DNA from: Nemertoderma westbladi
Taxonomy: Eukaryota > Animalia > Xenacoelomorpha
DNA length: 41,384 nt
NCBI GenBank assembly: GCA_032718475.1
Contig: JAUCBJ010004567.1
Coordinates: 1 to 41,384 of the forward strand
Direction: 5' to 3'
Under the pieces are notes generated by a model. It made no database searches and was not told the origin of the DNA. It saw only the letters and a program-made list of their open reading frames with translations. Each line of letters starts with the position of its first letter. Position 1 is the stretch's first letter. Below are positions 12,002 through 24,474 of the stretch, in pieces. The translations under genes and the position numbers were made by a program.

Positions 12002-14213
12002 TGTAGTTATTTGTCTTCATTATCTTATATTCTATATCTTATAGGAGAGAAGAAGGAGAAGAATGAAAATCGACAATAAAGATAACAACAATCATGTACG
12101 CATGTACTGACATGGTAGCTCTGGCAATGGAATATAAAATGTATGCAAGAACACATAGGATTTGTCATGAAGACACTGCCATCAACTATAACGAAATGAA
12201 AAATTAATCATTACAAGCTTAGCAGAAAGAAATTCGGCAATGCTTCATTTGGTGAGTAGTACGTTAGTGCTGCTAAATTCATTTGCACATCAGACCCTAA
12301 AAAAAACATTCATTCTGTCATGGTTGCAACATTTAATGAATAGAAGAGAGTATGTTGCTACTGCCTGAGCAATAAATTGGTCAAGATTCATGAAGCTTTG
12401 ATAGGACATATATAAAGGACTTTCCGAAACTATCTTCCTGTATGCTAAATTATTAACTAAAATGTTGCAATGTAAAAGAAGATTGATGAAATTCATTACA
12501 GTTACTACAACAACTGACAACAACAACAAAAATTGGTATAATCGCAATCCACAAATACCAAATATCATAGATGCTGAATTACCAGCGCTAACTGAGTCGA
12601 ATGATAAGCAAATTCGTAATTTACTAAAACTGTTTACATGAAACCCAGACAGTCGTATATTGCTGGAGATTCTACAGAAATAATTAATACTTCATCGAAG
12701 AGTACCATCACCTCCTCCTGTTGTCAAGAAAGGTAATAGTGTGTATTATTGGCATGATGTTGCTGGCATTGAGACTGGATGGAAAGGACCAGGAAATGTT
12801 TTGGGTAGAGAACGATCAGTCATTCTTGTGCAACATAGTTCACGTGTTATTCGTGTTCATCCAATTCACATTAGATTAAACAAGACGAAACAGCAGAATA
12901 ATGCTAAAGAATACGAATCAGATGATGAGGATGATTTGGAATTTCTTAAAGATGTAATCAGTGTACCAAGTGGACATGTTTCCAATGAATTTCAAGTCCC
13001 TATATCATCCAATATTGGTTTATTGCCATTAACGGACGATGTTGATTCGAATAAAACAACCATCAATGGCAATGGAAACTTGGAGTGAATGTATAAAAAT
13101 ACAGAAAAATCATCTTCAACGGTTTCTGAACTAGATGTAGTTCCTGATGAGCCTTTGTACAATAGAGCTACAATTCGCGCACTGAATCAACTTGATCAAC
13201 CTTTAGAACAAACTACATTACCACCAAGGACTAAAAGACCTCCTGAACGCTATCAGTGCAATAATATTGAAGAAATGATAGTTGGGGAAGAGGCTAACGG
13301 ATTTGTTGGTGCTGCTCAAAATGTTAAATGTCAAAACGAGGAAGAGTTTTATCACTCTAAACAAAAGGAGCTGCTCTCATGGAAATAATATGATGTTGTT
13401 GAAATTGTTTAAATGGAAGAAGCTATAAATAAACCTATTCAAACCAGATGGGTTAATTCGTGGAAATCATTACCAAATGGCCAAGTTATGGCAGAATCTC
13501 TGCTTGTTGTTAAGGGGTTTCAAGATGGTGACAAAGAAAATATCATATCAGAATCGCCCACTACAGACAGAGAAATTCTATAGTTGGTTCTGAGTTTTCT
13601 TCCAACTATGGGCTATAAACCAACAACAATAGATGTAAAAACGGCGTTCCTTCAAGGTGAAAAAATAAAACGAGATGTATTTCTACACCCACCCCCAGAA
13701 GTCAGCTTACCAGCTAACACCTGTTAGAAGCTAAAGCTAGACAGTCTATGGATTAGTCGATGTATCTCGTAATTGGTATAATCATGTTGACCATGTAGTA
13801 AGAGAGGTGGGTATGTTTCGTAGCAAGGCAGATCCAGCATGGTATTGTTTGCATAGAGGTGAAAAACTCGAGGGTCTATTGCTTTTTCACGTTGATGATT
13901 TCTTGTACACTGGATCAGATTGGTTCAAGAAAAATATGATGTCAAAGATTCAAAGCAAATTTACCATTGGAAAAATTACTGAGAATTTGTTTTTCATTTC
14001 TGGGTTTATGTATACTAAATGCTTTAGATCAAGTTGATCGTTTTCTAATTGCTATTTCCAACAGGACAAATTTACAAAGTTGTGTGATATTTAATGTTCG
14101 GCTAACAGGAATAAATCTGAGTTGCTAACAATAAAAGAAATGTCATTGGTGAGATCTCTTCTAGGTAGTCTACAATGGGCTGCGGCATTAACTCGTCCAG
14201 ATCTTTTTTTTTA
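12002..14213 (+). mobile_element. Decayed Ty1/Copia LTR retrotransposon (GalEa-like), internally deleted and 3'-truncated
   Basis: Putative 5' LTR TGT...ACA ending at 12112, followed by PBS-like TGGTAGC. Integrase C-terminus WKGPGNVLG precedes RT motifs (TRWV, LVVKGFQ, IDVKTAFLQG, YGLVD.SRNWY, FHVDDFLY, LGSLQW), the Copia domain order. Many stops. Confidence 0.85.
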
Positions 14214-14642
14214 GTACGTTCCATTAACCTGGCATATTACATGGTGTAATATCAGTATAAACTACAATCAAATAACCTTTTATACAATCAACTAAAGACA
14301 AGATAACATAGAAAGTACATACATAAATAGTGCTTACTAAAACTGCTGTTAAGGTTATCAGCTGGTAAACATAAGACTAAGAGAACTAAGAGAGTTATTA
14401 CAGAGTGAGTTATCACAATAACTGTATGGAAATATATATATATATTGCCTATTAATTCAATTGGATTATTAATAACGTGTTAATGATATTAATTTATGTC
14501 CACCATCATATGAGAAATTGTTAGGGTATGTTTGGGGGTGGTGTGTTATCAATAATGGCTGTGAAAAAATTATTTATTAACAAGTACATTACAAAACACA
14601 ATAATATTTCATCAAATTTGAGATACTTTGACATTTATTTAC

Positions 14643-15065
14643 CTGACACGACACGGGGTTATGATCCACTCCCGCTTTATACCACTGATAGTAAAGTATC
14701 ATTGGCAGAACGAAAACTCCAATGATGAAGTCGCTGATGGCAACAGAACAAACCAATATGTTAGTTGGATTCTTTAAGCTCTTGTTGAATACAATGAACA
14801 GGATTACAAACCCATTGGCGAGGCAGGAAAGAAGCATGGCGATCCAGTAAAAGGTTACCATTTGGTCCGATATCATTCCCACTCCAAAACCAGGCTGGTC
14901 GTAGCAGAAATCGTACGTATTGTTGGTAAATGGTTCAGAGTATGGGTAGGTTTCTGTTGGGTCCTTGATTATTGCGTTAAATTCAATGATATTGCGGAGG
15001 AAAACTCGAAATATGAATGGAAGAGGTGGAAGTTTATTGAAATGAACTGTGAATAGATTACCCAT
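14643..15065 (-). CDS. First coding exon of a rhodopsin-like (class A) GPCR: N-terminus, TM1, TM2, ECL1 and the conserved Cys at the start of TM3
   Basis: N-glycosylation site NNT; TM1 LLSCLANGFVILFIV; ICL1 NKSLKNPTN; TM2 SVAISDFIIGVFVLP; then ...NPVSCQ ending at the donor site CAG|GTAAAT (14643/14642). Confidence 0.8.
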
Positions 15066-15534
15066 CTTCTTATATGTTGATGTAAGGAATCAGTGACGAA
15101 TCAATATGGAATGTATTTTTAGTTAGTAATGAAATATTTAAATTGAAAGTTTGAAAATTTATAACCAATTAAAATGCTTAGATTATATTATATTACCTAG
15201 TTAAAAAGTGAAGTAAATAACTCTTAACAAATTTTTCTCGCTTTTTTACGTATATATAAAGTATTTTCAAAATCGCAACACAGCCATGTTCCGATGGGGA
15301 CAGATATTTCAGCTTCCCAAAACTACATACCTAATCTTCCTCTGCCCTGTTTAAAGTAATAACTGCTTGTTTAATATAAAAATGACATGACTGCCGTGAG
15401 CTTATAAATTATCTTTCAGATTTTTCAATTATATTTTCTTCTGCCCTCCTCGATTATTTATGCTGGAATATGCTGGAAGGATATTATGTTACAAAGATAA
15501 CAGCAATATGATTTTTAGAAGGGCCTTTTCTTTA

Positions 15535-15790
15535 GGCCTTTCTTTGTTGACAACTCTTCGATTATCCTTCTAAGCACCAGAATAAGCTCCATGGTCCCAC
15601 AACCTTTACGAAACCAGTTCTGATTTCCATGTAGCAGTCTCTCAATGGGATCCCTGATGCGGTTTAATAGAATTCTATTGTATAGCTTTGTTGCAATCGA
15701 GATCAATGAGATTCCCCGAAAAGAACCATAGAGTGTTAGGTTGCCTTGGGAACTGGCACCAACTTATTTGGTTTCATTTCTTGTGGGACT
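15535..15790 (-). mobile_element. RTE-family internal fragment
   Basis: Translates to ISIATKLYNRILLNRIRDPIERLL..., nearly the same as 29970-30235. Confidence 0.9.
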
Positions 15791-16596
15791 CTTAGAAGCA
15801 ATATAGTTAAATACTACAGTTCAATTTTTTTGTAACTCTATATTATATCGCTCTATCTTTTATTTAATAATTAATTAAGAAACATCGTTTACACGTTACA
15901 CTCGATACACCTGTTCCCAAATTCGTAAGAGATACTCTCCGAAATAATAATAAAATATTTGTGCTCAATATCTTGTTGCCGATGTGAAGCAACCGACACA
16001 TATAATAAGAAGGACCGATAGATCCTTTGACACATTTGCAAATACAGATACATAATTAAGTAGTGATCCAGGTAGCTGCTTGCGCCACCTGGATCTAATA
16101 CTATTAATGTATGATTCTATCATAGTAAATGTATGTAGGACAATACCTGCATGGGAGGATGTCTTTGTCTTTTGATTCGCAACAAGTATCCGATGTTGGT
16201 TTGATGAGGAAACAAAGGCCTTGTGGGTTGATCGTTGAAGCTCAGAGAGATTCATGCATCCAGCCACACTTGGCCTCTGCTGCTGACAGCCTTCATGACA
16301 GCCTCTCTTATTACTTTTAACTTAGCATCTCTTATGGCATTGTTGTGAATAAATTTATTTAATGTCATGGTATTGCTGAAGGGAGTCTATCTCTTCATGG
16401 CTTCTGACTCTGTTGCTTCACATACACTCAGACTACCTTAGAGCAGTATCTTCTAATGGCCTTTAGGGTGTGATTATAATTTTCAGACTGCTGTAAAGAG
16501 GTCCGATTTGATCCCCGAATTTTGACCCCCTGTTTCTGCCAAGTCGAACTCAAAGTAGGAAATTATAACTTTAATTATTAAGTCTATGGCTGTAAT

Positions 16597-16682
16597 AATA
16601 ATATATAATATGAATATGAATAAGTAATATGTGGTGTGAATACACCACATATTACTTATTCATATTCATATTATATATTATT
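16597..16682. repeat. Perfect inverted repeat with 41-bp arms and a 4-nt loop
   Basis: 16597-16637 is the reverse complement of 16642-16682. Confidence 0.95.
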
Positions 16683-16727
16683 CCGCATATAATCGCAATC
16701 TTATAGCCAAAAATACTCTTCCTTTAA

Positions 16728-17700
16728 CCCTATTACCACTGGGGTGTTTTGACCATTAGCACCACTGGGGGGGGGGGGGGGGGGGGGGGGATTCGGCCGG
16801 GCCACTATATTTTTGTAATCGTCCAATAAAATCCTATAAAATTTGGGCTGTTGGTGAAACAACCATAGATGAACACTACCAAACCTTAAAAAGTTAAAAT
16901 TTCATAAGCAGGGAATCATAATTTTGATGAAAAATAAAAGTAGTCCCAGGACAAAATTATAAAATTTTTCGTTTTCTGAAAACTAACAGTGTGGCAGTGT
17001 TGGCTAGATTTAGTAGGTTTTTCAAGACGCTGAATCGAATGTGATTATATTCCATTTCCAAAAATTGAAGTGGATGCTATTTTTCGTGCACATAAGAAGT
17101 GGGCGTGGCACTTCAAATTTTGAAAAATTAGATATTCAGAAAATGCTCTGCCTAATTTTTTATTTCAACGCATCTTTGTAGGTTTTCTGGACCGCTGAAT
17201 CGATTGAAAGTAATATAGAAGCCTGAAGACTTAGAGGTTAGCCATTTTTGATGTACCAAAATTAGGGCGTGGCACTTTAAATTTTGAAAAATGAAATGAA
17301 AAATTTTGGTGCACCAAAAATGGCGAACCACTAAGTCTTCAGGCTTCTATATTACTTTCAATCGATTCAGCGCTTCTGAAAACCAATAAAAATGCTTCGA
17401 AATCAAAACTTTAGTTAAAATTTCCGAATGAAGTAATTTTGAAATTTTAAAGTGCCACGCCCTAATTTTGGTGCTCCAAAAATGACCTACCACTACACTT
17501 TCATACTTGTGTAGATCATTAGAGTGATCCAAACCAATAAAAATAAATAAAAATAGCCCAAACATAAATAATTACTAAATCACGAATGACTTTGTAAAAT
17601 TCGAAAATTTCAAAAAATTTGGTGCTGGAGACCAAATTTTGAGGTGGCACCCACATCGAAAATTAGAAATCCAATTGCAACGTCGTTTTTTGCAAAAGAT
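16728..17700. mobile_element. Truncated piggyBac-like non-autonomous element related to 10352-11868
   Basis: Starts TTAA|CCCTATTA followed by a G-tract. Internal inverted repeat (about 17194-17260 vs 17303-17371). An AATTTGGTGCTGG unit at about 17617. The second TIR was not found. Confidence 0.6.
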
Positions 17701-17834
17701 GCGGCATTAAATTTGGCTAATTCTCAATAAAAATTGGGCCGGTACATAATGTGGTTGCATAGTTACAGCAACTAAAAACTAGGAAGGGGCCGAATGTTGC
17801 ATACTGCAAGGTCTGAATTTATAAAAATGATGCC

Positions 17835-18147
17835 ATTTGAATAGAATTCTATAGCTTTGCTTCAATAGAGATCCAACGAGATTCCCAGAGAATATACAGA
17901 GAATGCCAGGTAATTCTTCTCTGGGACGGGACCAACTTATTTGTTCTCATTCTTGATGGTCTCTCTTTGTACTACACATAGCCACAAAAAAGGGGTGAAT
18001 GAGCTCCAAACACTCAGGAAATTTAATGACCTCAGGGGGCGCGCCATATACTTCACTGGCACGAATGGTCTTGATACTACTACTACTATAATCGGCCTGC
18101 TGCATTGAAACTGCACATTGAGATGCTATGCCAGCTTAACAAAAATA
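17835..18147 (-). mobile_element. Older diverged RTE pieces: RT fragment (17835-18075) abutting a 3' end with (TAG)n tail (18076-18147)
   Basis: Similar to 30105-30350 and to the 3' end at 28784-28855. Confidence 0.7.
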
Positions 18148-18719
18148 TTTTCTCACCACCATGCAATCCACAATTGGCAAGCCCAATGCAGCGGGTATTA
18201 AAAAGGCACGCTGCATGCTTATCAACAAAGTTGCACCACCACAACTGCATATACTCCTATGACTTTAACGAGATTATCCGCGTCTTCAAGGCCAGTGTCC
18301 TTTAGGTGGTGGGGCAACTGTTAATAAATTAATTAGTACTATTGAATTGCCATTGAATTGCTACTGGGTTTCATATTCAAAAATTTTTCGATTTCTGTAA
18401 TTTATTTCTTTTTATAAACTAGTCCTAACCGTCTCGGTTAGTGGGCAATCAAATAGTACATGTGTTTCTGTTTGTACTTCTCCCCGTTACACATTTACAG
18501 ATTCTCTCCTCTCGCTTTGTTCTACTCTGTACTTTAAAGTCACGATTAATTTGAAAACATGTCACAAATAAGCCCCAGTAGCCAGTAAGCTCTAGTAAAC
18601 ATAATAAATTTGTAGTAGGTAGTTAATCCAACGTTTAATACCATTTTAACAACTTTCACTACAACAACTACTTCTCCACGTATCACTCAAATAAAGAATA
18701 GCCGATATCAGTGCACAAT

Positions 18720-18975
18720 AGAATACATTTTTTTTAAATAAAAGGTATTGGTATTCCTAGCACAAAAAGCTGCAAACTTCCAATATGTTTTTGGCACTCT
18801 TGTACATGTAACTTAATCACAGTTTTCATTGTCCCGTCCGGAGAAAATTGAGCCCCCAAATAGGTATACGATTTTGAGTTTCCAACAAATATGTCCCCAA
18901 ATTTAAAGGGTAACCGATCATCACTTGAACCTTTAATGACCATAAACTTTGTTTTTGTCTTATTTAGAAACATAA
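18720..18975 (-). mobile_element. LINE RT C-terminal fragment
   Basis: LNKTKTKFMVI...YTYLGAQF motif of non-LTR RTs. Confidence 0.65.
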
Positions 18976-19161
18976 TGTGGGTTAAACAAAATATTCTAAG
19001 CACATCCAGATTTAAAATACATTGGTTCCTCGACTCTGCTAAGATATAACTGCATTGCATACATTGCATATTGCTTACACAACAATAAAATATATTGATA
19101 ATACCAACTTCTTTATAACCAAACCACCCACTTTAATTAGCATTATACACTCCCCACACAT

Positions 19162-19200
19162 ATAGATAGATAGATGTTTATTGATTAAGGTATTATGTCA
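19162..19200 (-). mobile_element. Probable LINE 3' terminus
   Basis: Minus-strand AATAAA followed by (TCTA)n, the same tail type as the LINE ending at 3043. Upstream extent is unclear. Confidence 0.35.
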
Positions 19201-20715
19201 CAAAATTAGTAATTAGCACGTTTTCACTCAAAATAACCAATAGTAGGGGTAGGGGGGTCAATAGACTAACTCAATCCAAATTAAAGGCCAATTAAATACT
19301 CCATTTAATAAGTACTTATGTAAGATGCTCTCGGTTAAGCCGCGAGCAAAATTAATAGCACAAATATTTCATTTAACTAATTTAAACTTAAATCAACCAA
19401 TAACAATAGTTTTACCAAAAAAAGCAAAATAAATCGCATTATTAAAGGGTCATATTATTATACATAAAGTAATGGTTCGCTTTAACACAGTTAAAAAAAA
19501 TTTTAGTATTTCAAACAGAAAACGGCATATCTTCGGCCAATTTGGGTTTTTATTGATCAGCTGTTCAAAGTCGGAGACATTGATGTCGTATTGAAGGCGT
19601 AAGTGCTCCGATAAAGGACAACAAAAAATAAAAAAAACAGTATATCCGTATTGTAGAGTATATAATATATGCATTGCATGCATATATTACATTTTAAATA
19701 TGAAATTATTGTAACGTGTTGCTTTGTTAGGGTCTTCCTTTCTATGTTTGCTAATCGAATTTCCATTCACGATTCCACTATCTCTTTGATCTGAATGATT
19801 AATGGTTGGTTAACAGGAAAGGAAGCTACAGCAAAGCTGGCTAGGCTACCTGGTTGAGGCAGCGGGAACTCTCATTGGGGAAATTTTAATCTTAGTTTAT
19901 TTGTAATTGAGTATTATGTTCCATATCTGTAACCACTAATGTATTAAATTCGCCAAACGAGATAATCAAAGCAAACAGTTTGTGGGACTGCAGAATATTA
20001 CAGACATTATTTGTTAGCTTGCACTAAAAATAAATGAGATTTAAAGCAGTCAACTATCAAAGTTGAGGTTACTTAAATACGAATCACGATTTTGTTGATG
20101 TAATGATGTTGTGAAGTTTGATTATGGATTTATCGATGATGTTTGTCCATTAGTTGAATGGAATGAATTCGTATGAAATCTTTTTCACAACATTTTTCGA
20201 ATCAATAGTGGCAGAGTAATTTGCCGAAAGATAACATTGATTATAAGAGATGGAAGTGTTGTCGCGTGCATAATTTCTAAATTAAAAATTCCATTAGCAG
20301 CGCATTCCTTTAAATATTTAGACCCAAAGATTAAAGGATTATCTTCGTACCTACTTTGCTTTCTTCAAAGTCATTCTTTAAAACTCCCAATTAACTTAAT
20401 GATGTTTATCTGATGTTTAAACTGTCGGTGTCAAAATGTTTGATTGTTCTCATGTCAGTATCGTAATTGTGTTGTTTGAGAACATAAAAGTGGAAGTTAA
20501 CAGTACGTGGATGTAACAAATAATGTTAAATCAGTGTCATATAGCCAGGAATGTTCTGTGCGTCCAAAAGGAGAGTTATAGACTTATAAGTAAACCATAA
20601 AGTAACGAAATTCGCTGTTAAAAGGAAAAATTAATTGGGAAGTTTTTTTGCTAACACATACTTAATTATATAGAATTCAAAAAGTATTTGCGAACCATGG
20701 TAACCCAGTGTAAGT

Positions 20716-20815
20716 AACACGTTCGTGGGGACTTCGCGCAGCACGAGGCCTAGTTATTATATACAAATTAAAATGCAGCGACTGTATCACAAAATCAGGT
20801 TTTGAGAAATTTACC
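20716..20815 (+). repeat. Dispersed repeat, direct copy of 37874-37982
   Basis: Shared AACACGTTCGTGGG..TCGCGCAGCACGAGGC..AGTTAT..ATACAAATTAAAAT..TATCACAAAATC. Confidence 0.75.
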
Positions 20816-20941
20816 CACACCACCAATCAATCAAAGAAAGGTGGACAGTACGTGTTCACCCCTTTTAATCTACATAATACATAACCGCGACATCTACCAC
20901 CCACGGAAGGGTAGCACGAACTTATTTCCAATCGCACGTTA

Positions 20942-21230
20942 AATATGCAAAGCCAGGTGGTTTATAGGAATATAATAAACGCAGTACTCGTTTTCATTAT
21001 AAGCCTCTTTGCGTTCGTCCTGTTTTGTATTTAAATATATTTCTTAAACGCAAGCTAGGACGATCTTTATAATAATAATAACTAGGGATGCGATCAATAT
21101 GTGAAGCCAGGTGGTTTATATAATAATTTAGTCAACGCAGTACTCGTCTTCATTATATGCCTCGTTGCGCTCGTCGCTTGTCCTGTTTTGTCATAAAATA
21201 TTTTTCCTAAACGCAGACTGACGATCTTTA
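20942..21230 (+). repeat. Two diverged ~155-bp direct repeats
   Basis: AAGCCAGGTGGTTTATA...AACGCAGTACTCGT...ACGATCTTTATA occurs twice. Confidence 0.85.
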
Positions 21231-21974
21231 TACAGTTATAACTATGCGAAGTTTCGAAACTGTGCGAGTAACTGTTGATACATCTATGTGGAGATGTGTG
21301 ATATGTGGAGATGTGTGATACAACGCCAACGCATCTTATGCCGATGTAGTAATATGGGTATTGAAATAATATTAAATCAATGTACACTCTTAAAGCTGCA
21401 GCGAAAAAATGTAGCTAATTTCCTAGGTTACATATAAAATAATAATATTATTTTTAAGAACATTAATTTTACTACTTTGCAAAAATTCAATTAAAAAATA
21501 ACCAGACATATACATTGTGGAATAAACTATTTCAGAAGCCTACAACAGCCATGCCATGGATTGTATTTATGTTATTATATCTGTCATTTAACTGAGATAG
21601 CAATAGTAGTAATAGTCGAACGGTTATGCGGCCCGTCCAGCCTATAATAAACACAATTCAGTGATTGGGCTGGAATAGCAATACTGGTTGCCTCTATTAC
21701 AATTCCTCTCAGGTTAGTCTACAGCCACAACTCCCAGCAGCTAGCTCCACACCAGCAGAGACTTGACCAATAATGGGAAGGATTAAATTTGTACTCAATA
21801 ATTGTGCGGTTTAATTAAGTTTAGATCAATTAAAGACACATTTATTAAAGCAAATCACTTAAACTAATTAAAAACTATAATAGAATGGCGTATGGGGATT
21901 ATATCTGTATAATTTTTAAGTATAATTATTTAAATCTTATACTGTAAAACAATTAATTTCCTTTAAAAGGCAGG

Positions 21975-22240
21975 TTGAAAATGGCGTTTTCACCGCAATC
22001 AACTTAATTAACTAATTAACTGCTATTATCTTAGCTTCTCGAAGGCCACACGGAAATTCTACTTGGAAAATTTCTAAACTTTTGGCAAACAACATGTGTA
22101 CCAAGTTTGGATAGATTTCATCAAAGATTGGCCGAGTTATTAACGTTTAAAATTGAACACGACAGAACGACAGAACGACAGAACGACAGGTTGATTAATG
22201 GTACCACTACGCTAAGGCTCACTCACTTCGTGGCTCGCCC
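21975..22240 (+). mobile_element. Helentron/HINE-like non-autonomous fragment
   Basis: TGTGTACCAAGTTTGG core, a (GACAGAAC)n microsatellite, then a short GC-rich hairpin-like end. This matches the general HINE/DINE-1 layout. Confidence 0.4.
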
Positions 22241-22331
22241 CACAGTTTAGTTCAGCTTATTTCGCTGCCTTGAAATTCAAGCATTCAGCCATGAACTTTT
22301 CGTTTTTTATGAATGCTAAAATGGACTAGGC

Positions 22332-22445
22332 TGCCAGAGCGCGCATCTCTGTCTTGGTTGGTAGCTAAATGAATAACAGTTTCCTTTAGGGAGTATAGTT
22401 CTCAGGAGACATGGATATAAGTTGTCAGACTTTGTGCGTAATCAG
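22332..22445 (+). mobile_element. Degraded body of SINE family B
   Basis: GCGCATCTCTG..TGGTAGCTAAATGA..GTCAGACTTTGTGCGTAATC matches the reverse complement of 25470-25590. Confidence 0.75.
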
Positions 22446-23474
22446 TGGTATAACATTTGCCATATTATGAAACTTTCTATAGAATTTCCATCAATAAATA
22501 TTTGCTTCATATTTTTGGGGCATGGGAATTTGTTACCGGTACTTGTATTCCCATACTGCTGTAAGGCAAATTAATTCTCTTCCTTCTCTCTTCCTTGTAT
22601 TCTAAAATGGTAGCCAAATAAGTACTTGAGATTCCTCAGGAGGGTATAATTAGTAACTGGGGGACCGCAAGTAGCCAGATATTCCTTGGCATAACAGCTG
22701 AATAAAATTTTAATTTAACTTGAATTACCATAAATGAATTACCATACGATTATCAGCCACCTGCTGCCATCAGTAGAGCAATGCATGCGGATGGATTCTG
22801 TGTCATAAAATTTATATAATAATTAATTATTGTCATTCCCAAACTGATGATTTATTTATACATCATCAGAAAATTATTATATTACGTTGAAATTATAATG
22901 CAAAAAAATAACTAACTACTGTATTCCCTAACTAAGCCAAGTACTGTAAAATATCTGGGTTGAAGAAATCACGTACCCAGATTGAACCTGAGTCGCTGAA
23001 AAATTAAATATATGAGTGATGGGTGAAACGCTATCTATATTCATCTCTTTAATTTCAGACTCATAAACTTTTTTCGTATAATTTTAGTGGATTATGCGAG
23101 CTTCTTCAGTTTATTTGCCGATAACTTCAAGGAAGTTTGTTAATTCCGACTCACTACAAAAATTTCCATATGAGTTCAGAATTACCAGGTCGGAATTTTC
23201 CGGGTCGGATTTGTTCGTACACCTATTATAGGATGCACTGATCATGCAGTACCTTAGAATATGCTCAGTATACTAACGAGCCACAAAGTTGGCGGAGTCT
23301 TAGTGAACTGTTACTATTCGGGGGGTGGATCAATAATGGCAAATAGTTATCGTCGTCTGCGTTACCATTTTGACATGCTAATATCTTTGTCGGACTTAAA
23401 GATGTCGAGTTTAAAATTTGGAGGAGTTAATAAGACCAAAATTTGAGATTTTTAGAGACATTCAGACACGTCCG

Positions 23475-23993
23475 ATAATAATAATAATATATTTATATCG
23501 CGCATTTCTATGAACTTTAAACGAGGCGCCAGAAGTAAAAAGCAGATTTCCTGCTATGTACATAATAATACCATATTCTAGAAATACTTAGACAATCTAA
23601 ATAAGTAATTATTGAATTTAAAAAACAATTAATGAGTTTAAAAAATAATCCTAAAAATGAGTTAAAATCCTTTAAAAAATATTTGCTCCGCGTAGTGATG
23701 GCATCAATAATTCAATTAGTTGTTGTGTTGTGGTATTCCTGCCTGTAAAGATATGTTTTGAGTTTCGCTTTGAATATCCCAATGGAGTCAGCGTTTCGTA
23801 CGTCATCAGGTAGCGCATTCCAAATGGTCGGAGCAGATACTGAGAATGCTCGCTTACCATAATGTTTCAGGCGGTAGCGTGGGATTACAAGTAGATCATT
23901 GTCTCTAGAACGCAGTTCGCGCGTGGGATTGCACAATGTAAGCCGATTATGCAGGTAACTTGGTGCTGTACCATGAAGGCATTTGAAGGATTG
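23475..23993 (-). mobile_element. L2/CR1-group LINE 3' end
   Basis: FKCLHGTAPSYL...RELRS...GKRAFSVSAPTIWNALP...FKAKLKTYL, then GCGC...GCGCGATATAAAT and an (ATT)n tail. Confidence 0.88.
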
Positions 23994-24042
23994 ATTTCAC
24001 ATTAACCTGAGCACCAAATGTTGCTGGAGCAGGAGGATCTCA

Positions 24043-24474
24043 CCTCCTAAGAAGGACAAGTCCCTGCTCAAACCTAAGAATGGACAAATCACTGCTCCTA
24101 CATAAGAAAGAACAAGTCCCTGCTCCCACCTAAAAAATGACAAATCACTGCTCCTACCTAAGAAAGAACAAGTCCCTGCTCCCACCTAAAAAATGACAAA
24201 TCACTGCTCCTACCTAAGAAAGGACAAGTCCCTGCTCCCACCTAAAAAATGACAAATCACTGCTCCCCCCTAAGAAAGAACAAGTCCCTGCTCCCACCTA
24301 AAAAATGACAAATCACTGCTCCCACCTAAGAAAGGAGAAGTCCCTGCTCCCACCTAAAAAATGACAAATCACTGCTCCCACCTAAGAAAGGACAATCACT
24401 GCTCCCGCCTAAGAAAGGACAAGTCCCTGCTCCCACCTCCTAAGAAGGACAAGTCCCTGCTCCCACCTAAAAAA
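24043..24474 (+). repeat. Minisatellite of two alternating 28-mers (56-bp higher-order unit)
   Basis: CTGCTCCCACCTAAAAAATGACAAATCA alternates with CTGCTCCTACCTAAGAAAGAACAAGTCC. Confidence 0.92.

Noticed and set aside
19441-20313. Kolobok-like TTAAAGG...CCTTTAA ends
   Set aside because: The inverted match does not extend beyond a few bases.
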